Assembly: GCF_009914755.1 (NCBI RefSeq)
Contig: NC_060926.1
Source: the human T2T-CHM13v2.0 reference genome, Homo sapiens
Length of the DNA stretch: 64,000 nt
Strand: one strand, 5' to 3'
In this document: one piece after another, positions 23,637-37,635 of the stretch
How the letters are laid out: the number at the start of each line of letters is the position of its first letter
Position numbering within the stretch: position 1 is the first letter of the stretch
Translations under genes and position numbers: made by a program
The notes under the pieces: generated by a model
Told to the model about the DNA's origin: nothing
Databases searched by the model: none
What the model saw: the letters and a program-made list of their open reading frames with translations, nothing else

Positions 23637-26600
23637 ATCCTAGAACCTGGGGCCCTGAGTTCTTGGTGTTCTTGGGAGTTGTCCCTTTGCGGTGCTGGTC
23701 TCACTGGAACATCTGAAAATTGTCACTCCGTATAACTTTTGGTGTTTTCTTTCAACTTCTGGTCAAGTGATCATAGACTGCCCTACACTGTGCTCAGGAA
23801 TTTAAGGGTTAAAATAGGAAGAAATTCTTGTATTCAGAGATGACTGTGCTTCTGGAAATCTACCTACCCGTCTGCTACTGACACCTATTTTAGGCATGGT
23901 ATGTACAATGGAAGGCCCATTCTTTTATTAGGGAAACTTTCATGGGCTATGTACACATATATATTATTGATGATGAACATGAGAATGTCCCTAGTTCAAG
24001 TCGTGGGCATTGTAGAATGAACATAATAGCTTTTTTTCTTCTGCTAAATCACATGGTAGAACTTAAAGCTTCATTCCACAGCATTTTTGCCTTATATAAG
24101 AGCAAACCTCTCTTCCCCAAAAGATTCAGCCATAATATTCTTTATCTTTGAAGGCTGCTTGTGTAGTTTGCATAGTTTTCTCTGTCTCTTCCTGATTAGA
24201 GGTTGGCATCTAAATACTTTCTCTGATCTTATCACTGCTGCAATGTATTCCTTGAACAGAGTGTTGCAATTTAGATTTCTTTTGTCTCATTAACCAAGTG
24301 ATTTGCTGGAATACTATCAGCAGTGACATCATCACATTTGCTTTGGTAGTTGACATCTTAGGTTATCAATGGAAGCATTGTAAGAAACTGTACAGGGTCA
24401 AGATCCATTTTGTTTAGAGAATTTGTACAGTATGTGGGCTGAGAATTCTCAAAGCCCATGCTTCATAGGATGTGAAGGGAATCTCAAATATTATGTTCTT
24501 AAGTTCAGCATGGCTATTATACACTGCACTTTATTTCTCCCTGAGGATAGGGGTTGAGAACGAGTTGATACAAAAACAAAGATAAATTACTGATACTTTC
24601 TATTTAATGATGTGTTGTAACAGATAAAATTATCTGAGAACTAATTGTTCTCAATCTTGGCAGGCACTAAGTTTCAAATGTACCTATTGATATTACAGGA
24701 GTGAAGCAGTCCTGAAAGTGTTGGTAGCTGCTTTTGATGCAGTGGAATGAATTTGTTTCCTGTGCAACTCTGCAAGGGTAAGATGGATATAAAACTTGCA
24801 GACAAGACTACCTTCAGAAACTGAATAGGGAATGAAAAATCTATGAAACATCAGAGGTACCTTTTAGTCTCAACCTTTTTGAAAAATCGGTCACAGTGTG
24901 CCTTTATCAATTCTTTGTTCAGAAATTTTTCCTGTGGTTCATATTGCTTTTGTAAAATATCAGACACTGGCTCTAATTGTGGGTGGATACAGAGCTATCT
25001 AAATGTTTATATATGGAGACCCATACAAGATCCACCTGTTCCAAAATGCCTCCTTCAAGGACCTAAAATTCCCATCCTTTGAGACATTTCTATGGATTAA
25101 GACATAGTGTCCAAATGTTCCCACAACAGGTTCTCATGTCAGTAGAAAAGAAAAGCCATCAGGACTAGCCCTGTTCCACTAAACCTATTAATAATCAATA
25201 CATATCAATATATTGGTTTTGTTGTTATTTTTGTTTGGTTTGGCTTGGTTTTAGTTTTGTGTGTAATTTATTGGAACCACTAGTTGTCATCTTGGAAATC
25301 AGGAGAGAGTACATGCAATAAATAAGGTAAGATTTGTTTTTTCCAGTGCTAAGAAACTTGTTCCACTTATTTTTAGGGTAGCACTAACACTAAAAATGCA
25401 ATTTTGAAGTAGAAAGAAAAGTGTCACCCACAAATAGAATCCCAGATGTGCCCAGGTCCGGAAGCAGGTAAAAACACAGCTTCTGGGAAAGAAACCTAGA
25501 AAGTGACTGAAGGCGATTGAAATCGACCCAATAATAGTTTAGGGAAAAGAATCAGAAGAGAGACAGCACAATCTCTACACCGGGTTGTGGGGCTCAGACA
25601 AGTTGCTAACATTGGCTTCTTTGTGTTGCTGCTGAAATGGCATCCATGTCCCACAAGTTTTAAGGGGAAGCCATATGAGCTCCTTGGAATGCTGGGTGTT
25701 GAGTAACTGTAGGAAGATTAGCCTCATTATGTTTTCTGAGAATGCCTTTTGTTGATTCCACTGCCCCAAGCATTTGGAAGATAAATGTTTAAATTCAGAA
25801 TTTAGGCTCTCATCAAGCTCTTGGAACATCCACGAAAATTACAACTATCATTACTATACTATACTATTTTCTCCTATCTCTCTTTACTTTTACTCAAAAA
25901 CATCGATCAAATTTGCAAGTCATAGACAGAACTGGGCTGTACACAGTGACTCTGAATTCAAATGCTGAGTTCCTTTTATAAACCTGTTACCTTGGTTGCT
26001 GGCTAGAATTCTTTGAAGCATTAACGTGGATTTACACTGTCGCATAGGCTTCCAAGGAAGGAACTGTGTGAAAGCAGAAATGGGGTGTTTCCATAGAGAG
26101 CCCATTATCTTGCTAGATATAGCCCTAATCTGTTGACCATGGCATAGCTCATGTTTCATTTGAAAGGATTGCTTTTTCCTGAGAAGGGAGGGACAGTCCT
26201 TTTTCCTGGGCACAAGTCATAAATCTTGTTTTTTTCCTGTTCCACTTTGCAATTTTCTTGGAAAATTGGTATTTTATAGTAATCTCAGTTAAATACACAT
26301 AAGGAGAAAGACAGCACATCTAACTCTATGATTCTGAAAAGATAAGATGATCTATTTAACTCATTATTTTGTTTCTTTCAAATAAACGTAGTCACAACTT
26401 TGTCTTAGCTCTTTGGGGGAAAACCACTAAATAAATCCAATAAAGTTTGAATTTGCTTATCATGTCCATTTTATCCTTTATAAAAGAGCTTTCAGTGTTT
26501 CTGACTTCCTGTCTGTTCTGCACTTACAAATCAACTCCCTTATACCCGACCCTGCAAGTCCCCAAAACTATAGTAAATTTATTCTAGGAGGAAAAGCCAG

Positions 26601-28509
26601 AAACTCAAATAAGATATTTGTAGCTGAAAACATACATGTCAAACTGAGTATCTCCAAAGGGGGAAATTACAACTCATATATGGAAATTTCTCAAGTCTCA
26701 TAGACATATATGTAATTTAAAATAGCAACCAATTTCAGTAATCTGGTCCTAATTCTGCCTTTCTGTGTATCCATGAATATATTTGTCTGGTTTAACTGGG
26801 TATGGGGAAGAAAATAGGCGCAAAAGATCAGGACCTCACCTAACTTCCCAAATGCTAATCTACATGTTTTTCTTTAAGCTTATATTGTATAAAGTGCTGA
26901 TTTTAAAAGTTATGATTGAAAATGCAAGGCACTGTGTGATCCTCCTCTGGCCTGGGGTGTTTGAATGTATGCATATATAAGAGAAAAAAATCATCACAGA
27001 CCACATGTAAAGATATAGTTGCCTATGGGTATGTCAAGTATGAAAAACTGCTGTCATTTATAACCCCTGGCAGACCACAGGTTATGCCTTGGGTTTGTTA
27101 CCTTGGTGTACACTGTCATTTTGTAGTCATCCATGTGTTATAGAATGAAGACTTTTCTTGACAAAATGTGGCCAAACAACATATCAGTCATGACTTCCAG
27201 AGGTAGAAAGTGAAGCATGCAGTATTCTGGCATGATGAGACAGGTTAAATAACTTCTGCAGAGTAATGATGGCAAAAACATAGATTACACACCACAGCAT
27301 TTATTCTCTTTCTTTCTACTATTATATCTGAAGTAACATTTTCACTCTTTATAACTCTAAACTCACAATGTTTACATTTATAGAGAGATGCATGAAATGA
27401 AAAATTTAGAGCTTGCTGTATTAGTAGAATTGATAATATGGCTTTGAAGGAAAGATAATTTATAACTTGACCCTGAGAACAGCATGGAAATCAGTCAAAG
27501 CAAGTTAACTTAATATGATCCACAAGTCATGGCATATCCAATCCTTTCTTAAATGATTTTCATTCCCAGTTTATAAAACCCTGCGGCGGAACTTGTTGCA
27601 TAAATTTACATTGTTATGCCTCTTTTAGTTTTATTGAGACTACCCTGCCCCCTCCCCCATTCAGGCACCAAGGAAAACTCATTGAATCTCAAATCCCAGG
27701 GTAGAATGAATAGTCTGTTTTCAATCTGTTTTTATTCTTTATTATTTCAGATACTTCAATAATCTCACCTTGAGGTTCATATTTTTGTTCTGCACAGTAC
27801 TCCTGAAGACGCTCTACTCTTTCAGCTCCTCTCTTGCTCTGCATCAGCTCAGAGCACTGCACCAATGACAGTTTCATTGGCCAAATCAGCTCAATGGTTG
27901 CAACACACGAAATATGTATAACTTAGATTTCTTCAAAGATTTTATAGAAGAGGCTGCTGACAGTGGAATAAGGAAATGGAAGGTAAAACATGAGATGGAG
28001 AGAGGAAGGAGGGACTTGGAAATCTAGGTGGGAGAAGAGCAAGAACACAGATATGGAGAGAGTGTGGCTAGCAAGATGGGGTGTGCAGTAGAGAAGAAAG
28101 AGCCAGGAAGTCAAAAATAAGGAAAATGGGGAGATGCAGGACCGCGTGGTGTTCTTAAAGGTTGTGAATGATAGAAGAGAGAAAACACTGACATTTTTAG
28201 TCATTCTTCTCTTGAGGGCAGAACGTGCTTCAGAGTGTTAACTGCTGCTCCATCTTAGCTGAGTTCAGATGTATTTGTCTCTAGAATGTGTCGAGGAACT
28301 TTCTGGATGAAGAAAACGACAGCCAACTACCCATCACAGCAGTCTGTTGCTCTGATCTGCCACTGGGGTTTTCATAAGGAAAGGTGAGGATATGTGTATG
28401 TGTGTATCCATATTTTCTCAACTATTTGAGGGCCATACAATGGAATGTGAGCATTCGGGATCTCCAACGAAACATCCTCCAGTGATATATTTGGTACAGT
28501 GGCTTTGGA

Positions 28510-28700
28510 TTACCACAGCTAATATTTACTGAGCCCATGAGCCAGTTGCTATGCTTCTCTCTTCACAGAGATTAGTTCATTTAATCCACAGACCCTAAGT
28601 AAGACTTAGAATTTCACAGAGCTTCATTCTACACATCAGGAAACTGAGGCGTACAGAGGCAAAATAACATCTCTGAGCTAGTAAGTGTTGGAATTAGATT
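28510..28700 (-). mobile_element. MIR
   Basis: GCTAATATTTACTGAGC...GGAAACTGAGGC...GCTAGTAAGTG. Confidence 0.7.
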
Positions 28701-29324
28701 TTTGTATCTTAAAATGTAAACTCAATAAAGAGTATATATTTGATTTCAGTCTAGGCTCTACAAAAGCATTAAGAGTGAAGATACAGCTAACAAATGCTTG
28801 ACAATTTTGTATTTAAATTGGTAATCTGTTATTTTTAAGATGTTTGAATTCTTTTTAATTACTCAGCGATCTTGCCCCTATTAACATATTAACATGTTAA
28901 TAAAGCCAGTGGATTTCCTAACCCTTCCTGAGCAGAGTACAAGCTCTCTTTTAGAAGTCATTAGAGAATTTAAAAAAGCAGAATGTCATCTCTAGCACAG
29001 GCCTCTGTATAAAAGGGCCAATTGAGCTCCATACTAATAGGCCTAGTTTATTGAATCCCTCCTTTTTATAATATGCCTAATGTAATAATCTAAGGACAAT
29101 TGAAAATTCAACTTCATTCTTCATTATAGGACTGTCCCTTTTCTCACTCTGCCTTATGAAACCTCTCTGGGCATAGTACTCCCATTGAATTCAAGGGAGG
29201 CTTAATGCTTGGATAATTCCAAAGGGTGCAGAGGATAGTTTAGATTTTCTTGGAAATGTCTGCCATATTCTCTCACACTCGAAACTGTGCATAGCACTTG
29301 TGCACTAAAAGAGTCCTGTGAGTC

Positions 29325-29744
<420 letters not shown>

Positions 29745-29765
29745 TCATTAAATTACTCAATACCC

Positions 29766-29948
29766 TTTTTTTAATTTTAAATTTTTAATTTTCATTTTTT
29801 AGAGACAGAGTCTAGTTCTGCTGCCTAGGCTTGAGTGCAATGGTGTGATCACAACTCATGGCATCCTCAAACTTCTGGCCTCAAGTGATCCTCCCACCTC
29901 AGCCTCTTAAAGTGCTTGGATTACAGGTGTGAGCTGCTACACCTGGCC
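29766..29948 (-). mobile_element. FRAM/FAM-like Alu monomer
   Basis: Single ~165-bp monomer with T-rich tail. Confidence 0.8.
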
Positions 29949-29974
29949 AAATTAATCATTATCTTATTAAGCTT

Positions 29975-30182
29975 TATTTTTGCTGTTTATGAAGAATTTT
30001 ATACCTGCCATGTGCTAAGTGCTTTTGATAGATCAACTTTCTTTAGTCCCTACACTAGTGCCTTAAGCTAAGAAACATTATTATACATAAGGAAGAACTG
30101 AGACTTACATGTCACAGCATAAGGTAGGGCTCAGATTTGAACCATCAGTCTGACACCAGAGTCCATATTCTCACCCACTATG
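29975..30182 (-). mobile_element. MIR
   Basis: GTGCTAAGTGCTTT...GAAGAACTGAGACTT...AGATTTGAACC. Confidence 0.65.
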
Positions 30183-30649
30183 TGATGTGACCTTTCCATT
30201 TCAGGACCTCATTGTAGCCACCTCATTAGCTCTTTCAGGCCAATAGATCACTGGCATCTAGCCAAGATCTAAGGGAACCTGTACCATGCAGTGGATAGAA
30301 GAACCACATATTTAGGTGTGGGAGGTAATATACAAAGTGTATGTCAGTCTGTCTTGGTACAGGGATGTCACCTTTCCTAGCATACGTCATCACAAAATCA
30401 GAATCATATTGGTTAAAAGTGTTATAAATTGAACCCAAGGGATCAGCTAGTCCCCATTTTCTCTCTAGAGCAGAACAGCTGACACACAAAACAGGTTGGG
30501 TGAATTATTCCTTAGGTCTAAAAGCAGTATGATTTAATGGCAACAACACTGAACTGAGCAACGAGAGGATCAAGGTGTTAATTCCCATAAAACAGATTTA
30601 TCAGGACCCAGTTCTGTTCATCTGTAATTGTAGTACCAAGGGATGTGTC

Positions 30650-31900
30650 CATTTATTTAGTCAACATTGACATATTATTAAATGCTTACCATAAACCAAA
30701 CCCTAAGCTAGAGGTTGGGATATCAAGACTGCAAGGGATAGTCACTCCCACGTAGAAGCTTATAGTTTGGAGGAGGGGATAAGACAAGTAAGTAATTGTA
30801 ATTCTGAGTGGTGAGTGCAACGATGGAAATATACAGACTGTTCTGTGACAACACCTAGTGAAGGGACTTGGCCTAGTTGTGGGCAGAGGTGTTTAGGGCA
30901 AAGCTTCTTGCAGAAGGTGAGTGAGAATGGACAAATCCTGGAGGAGGAAAACAAGTCCTCCAGATCAAGAGGTTGTAAGGAGTGGGTGGAAAGGAAAAAG
31001 AAAGGGCACTTCAGGAGGAGGGAACAATGTACAGAGCCTAGGGGTGAGTAGTATATCTGCAGAACTTCAAGGAGCTCAGAATGACTGGAACTCGGTGGAT
31101 GTGTGAATTGTGAGCGTGCCCCTTGCATGCATGTGGGCTGGTGGGCAAGGGAGGGTGGATTGATCAGAAGAAATGGGGAAGATGAAGCTGCAGAGCTAAT
31201 CAGGAACCAGTGGGTGAAAAGCCTTAAATACTATGAATATCCTGACCCAACTACAATGGGAAACTTCTAAAGTTCTAAATTCCGAGTTTTAAGGAAGGGG
31301 GTGGCATAATTAAATCAGTATTATTTTATTTTTCTTCAAGTTTTAAGTTCTGGAGTACACGTGCAGGATATGCAGGTTTGTTACATAGATAGATGTGTGC
31401 CATGGTGGTTTACTGCACAGATTCACCTAGGTATTAAGCCCAGGATGCATTAGCTATTCTTCCTGATGCTCTCCTTGACTCCACCCCCAACAGGTGCCAG
31501 TGTGTGTTGCTCCCTTTCCTCTGTCCCTATGTTCTCATTGTTCAGTTCCCACTTATAAGTGGGAACATGTGGTGTTTGGTTTTCTGTTCCTGCGTTAGTT
31601 TACTGAGGATAACGGCTTCTAGCTCCACCCATTTCCCTGCAAAGGACATGATCTCATTCCTTTTTATGGCTGCATAGTATTCCATGGTGTATATGTACCA
31701 CATTTTCTTTATCCAGTCTATCATTGATGGGCGTTTGGGTTGAATTCATGTTTGTTATTGTGAATAGTGCTCCAATGAATATACATGTGCATGTGTCTTT
31801 ATAATAGAATGTACATCAGTATTTTTAAAGGGCATTGTGGAGATAGTGTGGAGAATAATTTGTGGATGCAAACCTGGAGACAAGTAGGTTGGGTAGGAGG
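30650..31900 (-). mobile_element. L2 fragment interrupted by an L1
   Basis: ATTTATTTAGTCAACA...TTATTAAATGCTTAC, then purine-rich antisense L2 body resuming after 31815. Confidence 0.65.
31323..31811 (-). mobile_element. 5'-truncated L1PA (about L1PA10-type) 3' end
   Basis: ORF 31542..31724(-) is the ORF2 C-terminus. TSD ATCAGTATT at 31314-31322 and 31815-31823. Confidence 0.9.
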
Positions 31901-31920
31901 CTGGGGGTTCTTTTCTAAGC

Positions 31921-32105
31921 CAGTAGTTTTTTAATTTGAGCGAGCAACAAAATCACCTAAAGAGCTTGTGAAAACAGATTGCAGGGCTCCAGCCCCAGTT
32001 TTTGGGTCAGTAGGTCTTGAGTGTGGCCTAAGAGCATGCATTTCTATCAAGTTGCTAAGTGATACTGATGCTGAGTGTCCAGGGACTACACTTGGAGAAC
32101 GACTG
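31921..32105. mobile_element. MER5A (hAT-Charlie MITE)
   Basis: CAGTAGTT...GAACGACTG termini, ~185 bp, 8-bp TSD-like TTCTAAGC/TTTGAAGC. Confidence 0.85.
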
Positions 32106-33194
32106 TTTGAAGCAATGTTGATTGCTAATTGTGAAGTTCTAGGATTCTTCCTTAGGGACATTCAGGCCTTGATTAAAAAGCAGTTTTACTTTCATGAATC
32201 TATATTCTTGTAAAACACACTCATTCCACCCAAAAGCCTTTTTTATAAGATGAACATGGGCCTACTGATAAATGGAATTAATTATTGTTGTCCTAGATCA
32301 TTCTTATTTGTTTCAGTTTTGTTTCTTCTGTTTTCCAAAACTGAATTTTATTTGACATGTCAGAGAAAAATTTCTTGGTACATCCAGTCATTTGCAGCAG
32401 GATTAAAAGACTGAAATGCCACTGCAGTTGACGAAAAACCCTTTGTCAGACTGAAATACAATAGACCAATTGAAGGCTGTAATACTTGGGCTCAGATTTT
32501 AGAAATGAAACCTTGTCAAGGGTGGAGTCTTATCTACTTTAAGTGGATTAAAAAATCCACTCCTCCTATTTTGATGCTGGAAAAAGAAAAAGAGGTTATA
32601 ACTGCAAACTGCATACAAACCCGGTAATCACACATTCTTTTTCTTATCAAGTCTCAAAGAAGGAACATTATATCAAAGAGAAACAATCCCTCTTCAGAAA
32701 AAAGGAACTCAGTTACTTTAGAACAAAGCCTGCATGTCCCTAAGTCTCAGTATAATTGAAACAAAAAAGTTCTGTGTTAGGTTTTTTCATCTAAAGACAG
32801 TAAAAGTATAAAACTGTCAGGCTGCTCTTTCTTGATGGCAGACTATTCAGACTGCTAAATTATCTTAACAGCACAGTCTATTAGTGCTGAAATATATCCA
32901 TCTTATAAAAAATATGAGATCAAAATGAACAGTTAACATGTCATAATTTACTAAGACCATTTCCTAGGAGTTTTCTTCCTGTGATTCTACATGGATTCTC
33001 TTTCCTTCATCCATGAGGCGTGACTTCAGCAATACTCTGAATTCTTGGTATCAGGTGTCTTTTTCAGAAAGATTCACCTCATTATGTTTGGCCAGAGTGT
33101 CCGGGTTACAATCAGTTGCAATATATTGATGTCAAAACTCCCTTGAAAATGTGAGCATGCCTCCATGTTAATAAAAAAAAGTCAACCATCTACA

Positions 33195-33475
33195 TTTTTT
33201 TTTAAGAGACAAGGTCTCACTCTGTTGACCAGGCTGGAGTGCAGTGGCATGATCATAGATCATGGCAGTCTCAAAGTCTTGGGTTCAAGCAATCCTCCTG
33301 CCCTCACCCTCCCTAGTAACTGGGACTACAGGCACACAATGCTGCTATTTATTTATTTAGTAGAGACAGGGGTCTTGCTTTGTTGCCCAAGATGGTCATG
33401 TACTCCTGGCTTCAATCCTCCTGCCTCAGCCACTCAAAATGCTGGGATTACAGGCATAAGCCACCATACCTGGCT
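33195..33475 (-). mobile_element. AluJ
   Basis: Diverged dimeric Alu with J-type GATCATAG and AATCCTCC. Confidence 0.88.
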
Positions 33476-35074
33476 ACATCTTAACAGAAGGTTAAGTACA
33501 GTCAGAATAACCAATGAAAGGGGCTAATGGAGCTGATTATACCAATTCGGGCAGTCTCTGCTAATAACTCAGTTTGCAAACTCACAATCGGTTTCACTAG
33601 AAAGGATTACAGCATCCCAAGCAGTGGGTCTTAATTATAATTACAGGTGTGGCATAGACTGCAGGAGCAGATGAACTCATTAGAAACAAAGATTCGCTCT
33701 GCTAGATCATCTATCTTTACTAAAGAACAAAGAGCAGTAGCATGAATAAGTGAGTTACCATGTAAACAAATTAAGCAATCAGTAACATACAAACAGAATG
33801 CATGTTCCTCAGCCAATTTACACGCTTCTCTGTTACAAAGAAACTCTCTCTACCACCTCTGTCCTTTCTCTGGTGGAGGTGGGTTTTTCTTCTCTGCACT
33901 CTCCAACCTCCAGTTGGTGGGCAGGGGCTGACGGGGTAACAGTAATGAAATCTTATTCCTTTCATCTTTCACCATCTCCCTTCATCTCCAGTCCTATTGT
34001 GCAACTATCACAAGAGGACAGCATAGGCAATGACCTTGAATGAGAATGTTAAGGCTTCAGTTTTCTCTCAGCTAGAAGGAGGACAGAAACCACACTTTTT
34101 TTTAGGGCTTGGATACTACAGTGATAGGCACTGATTTAATTTTTCTCTAAAAAGTTCTCTTTTAGTCGAACAGCGAATTAGGTCGGATTTGAGGCTAATT
34201 GGAGCAACATGGTTTACTTCTTGACTTCCAGCATTTTATAAAAGCAGTTTACAGGGCTAGAAGCCAATTCCCCACTGGCAAAGTGAATCAAAAGAATACT
34301 GCAATTATGCAAATGATCAAGAAATAAAGAAAAAAATGCTACAACAAAAGATCCTATTTGCCTACACTTAGGTGGGGCAATTGTACCCCCTTTCTCTATT
34401 TTTGTTTGTCTGTGTTCTCCAAGATGGATCTACTCCAAGTGGGCTGAATGATGAAGGATATAATATTGAGGGCCTCACAGGGGTTTGAGTTCCAGTGGGG
34501 CCCTTCAGATGATGATCATGAAATGGATTATAAGCCCTTCCAGGCAAGCAAGACTTTTAACTTGGTACTGTACTGTTTTATAACATCTTCTCGCCTTGGA
34601 TGTGAAGTGTATTGAGGCCAGCAAAAAGGCATTACAAAGATGCAAAAAGAAAAATAAGATCGAAAACTGACAAAAGAAATCCTTAAGAAAGGTATCCATT
34701 GAGCCATGGTCTCAAGGAATCTCGGAAGCTTTCATGATCAGGTAAATTAATTCTCCCCACTTACTCAACCCTTACGCTTATCAGCATCTTATTCTAATCT
34801 AGAGATCATTGAAAATGAGGGGGTGGGGCTTAACCTCTCAAGTGGTTGTCCTCCTCATTCCACACTGGCAAGAGTGCACATATCTGGGAAAATAACATGC
34901 GTCTCACCTACGTAAGCCTGTTAGTGTTTGAAGTCAATAAAGCACTTGAAAAGAAATAGCATTTGAAATAATCTTCACTGTGGTCTTTAATGCTGATGGT
35001 TAAATTAAGGGCAACCCTTACCTTCTTTTACTTTGCTTTCATAATACTTTCCACTGGGCAATATTACTATAACT

Positions 35075-35645
35075 ATAGGGGCCAAAGTAAAACTTCCCTT
35101 TGCTTTTCGAAGGTTCTCTGAAAATCAACTGACAGTAGGCAGATTAACAAGAGAAAAGTCATACAAATTTATTAATGTGTACAGGAGAGAATCCCAGAGG
35201 GAAAATCAACCACGCAGTGGGATACAGATGGTTATACACCCTTCTTTATAGGGAAAGGGGAGATAAGGAATTGTGGATGATATTAGGGGAGTAGTAAGTG
35301 ATTTTTAGGGGAATTCAATGGGCTTAAAGAACATTGTATGCAATGGCCTGGGACAAAGTCGACTGGGCCTGCAGAGAAGACAATAGCTTGTGACAAAAGT
35401 CCATCCAGGTGTTGTTGACAGACTTCAGTCTTTCTTCCTGTGATATTTCAGTTCCTGAAAACTGAAGGAAGCGACCAGAGGTAATTGCTTTCTCTTTTGG
35501 TGTGTTCCGACTTTAGGCAGATAAGAGAACTTTAGGGAATAACTTCATCCTGTGCTTTGGAAGAGACAGAAGATTGAGAGAGAGGTGGGGGTAGGTCAGA
35601 AAGACCTTGAAACTTCTTCAGTTCACCATGTTAAAGCACCATTTT
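35075..35645 (-). mobile_element. ERV1-class solo LTR (MER39-like), terminus lost
   Basis: TAGGGGCCAAAGTAAAACTTCCC...GAAAATCAACTGAC...AAAGACCTTGAAACTTCTTCAGTTCACCATG; AATAAA on - strand; subfamily uncertain. Confidence 0.65.
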
Positions 35646-35647
35646 AT

Positions 35648-35898
35648 TGTGCAGTAGCCCAATGTTGGCTCACCCCAACCTCTAACCCCCTGGGTTCAAG
35701 AGATTCTCCTGCCTCAGCGTCCGGAGTAGCTGGGATTACAGGCGCCCATCACCACACCCGGCTAATTTTTGTATTTTTAGTAGAGACAGGGTTTCACCCT
35801 GTTGGCCAGGCTGGTCTCAAACTCCTGACCTCAAGTGATCCTCCCACCTTGGCCTCCCAAAGTGCTGGGATTACAGGCGTGAGCCACTGTGCCCAGCT
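35648..35898 (-). mobile_element. AluS lacking its 3' end and A tail
   Basis: Starts at GTGCAGTAGCCCAATGTTGGCTCAC with no poly-T. Confidence 0.9.
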
Positions 35899-36851
35899 AA
35901 TTACTCTTAATTCTATTCCAATTAATGTGTGCTAGGTTAAAATTCCACCCAGATCTTGACTTCTAGAATATTTTGATGAACCATTTGCTGCCACATCTGC
36001 ATGCCAGACTTCTTATCTGATTTCCTACACTGCATGAAAACACCGTCAGCCAGGGGACGTGCCTTATCTGTCTGTTGCAGAGAAGGCTCCATCTGTCCTT
36101 TGCAGAAGAAACTGAAGGCCTTGTCTGTAACAGCTCTTGGCTGTAGCATCTTGGCTCCCCAAAAGAAGAGCATCTTCCCTCTTCTCTACTAGCCCCAGAA
36201 CGAGTGTGCCTGCAAGCAATTCCACAGTGACCCCTTTTCACAACAATTTGGAGCCAAATAAATAATTAAGAAAGATAAAGGATTCAGAGAGGCCTGTCTC
36301 AGTCCTCTCCTCCCACATGGGGGCTGGGAACACCACCCCAGGACCTGTGTCTCATGTGACAAGAGCATCAGACCTGGCTTTGTGCAGGTTTTCAGGCAGA
36401 GCCCAGCAGCCTTAGTATCTATGCTTTGTGGACTGGAGCAAACTGTAACCAGAAAGCCGGTCAGCTAGTCCTGGGAAACAATAGAAGTCACTATTGAAAG
36501 GAGCTTGCTTGTCAAAGACTAATCTTTAATAACTTTCAAAGGGCTTGGCCCTCTCATTAGTCTTTGTTCCACCTGCTGGAGGGGATAATGCTGCCATTCT
36601 TTTGTTACAATGTCCAGGCCTTGCTTTTGACTAGCCACACTTGATAAACACTGAACTTTCTCCTCTGTCATTGAGGGCCCCAGTTGCCAAACCAATGTCT
36701 ACAAACTAATAAAGGGCATGCAATTTTGTGTATTGAAAACATGGAAATAAGACTACCATATATCTATTTCTATGCATATTTTCAGGGGTGTCTCCCCAAC
36801 CAGATTCCTAAGAAAGAGCTGCCCATCACCAAGAGCTTTATGCTCGTCATA

Positions 36852-37161
36852 GGCTGGGTGTGGTGGCTCATGCCTGTAATCCTAGCACTTTGGAAGGCCA
36901 AAGCAGGTGGATTGCTTGAGCTCAGGAGTTCAAGACCAGCCTGGGCCATATGGTGAAACCTTGTCTCTACTAAAATACAAAAAAATTAGCTGGGCACGGC
37001 GGCATGTGCCTGTAATCCCAGCTACTTGGGAGGCTGAGGCAAGAGAATCACCTGAACCCGGGAGGCAGAGGTTTCAGTGAGCTGAGATCATGCCATTGCA
37101 CTCCAGCATGGGTGACAGAGTGAGACTCCATCTCAAAAAAAAAAAAAAAAAGAAAAAAGAA
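36852..37161 (+). mobile_element. AluS-type
   Basis: Dimeric Alu. 21-bp TSD AAGAGCTTTATGCTC(G/A)TCATA at 36831-36851 and 37162-37182. Confidence 0.93.
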
Positions 37162-37519
37162 AAGAGCTTTATGCTCATCATAAAGCTCTTAATTACTTTA
37201 ACAAATGCATTCCCCAATCCCTTTTATCAGTAGTCACCCTCCAGTTGGAAACTCCTTATCCAAAGCCAAATTTCTCATATGAAGGAAGTTGTTTTTATTT
37301 AAGACTTTAATTCACATACAACAATAAAAATAGTTGAGGAAAGATGCAGGAGTCTTATTTTGTCATTTCTTAATAGGTTCCTTTATAGTTCCTCCTGCCA
37401 GCCTTACTCCACTTTAGCTTACAGGTGTATACTTCTAAACAACAGATCCATTCTCTCTTATCTGCAATAACTAACAGGACACCACAAACATAAAATGAAA
37501 TTACCTTCATTACTGATTT

Positions 37520-37635
37520 TATTACTGCTCATGATTAATGGGCAAAGTGTTTAATTCTCTCATTTCTCACAACAACGACTCTTAGGTTAGGTGCTATTAT
37601 TATTATCTCACTTTAGAGATGAGGAAACAGAAGAA
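37520..37635 (-). mobile_element. MIR fragment
   Basis: TCTCACAACAAC...TATTATTATTATCTCACTTTAGAGATGAGGAAAC. Confidence 0.65.

Noticed and set aside
28887-28902. 16-bp palindrome TATTAACATGTTAATA
   Set aside because: Short and AT-rich; plausible by chance or local slippage
35552-35935. 127-aa ORF
   Set aside because: Read-through of an LTR-Alu junction giving a typical antisense-Alu peptide
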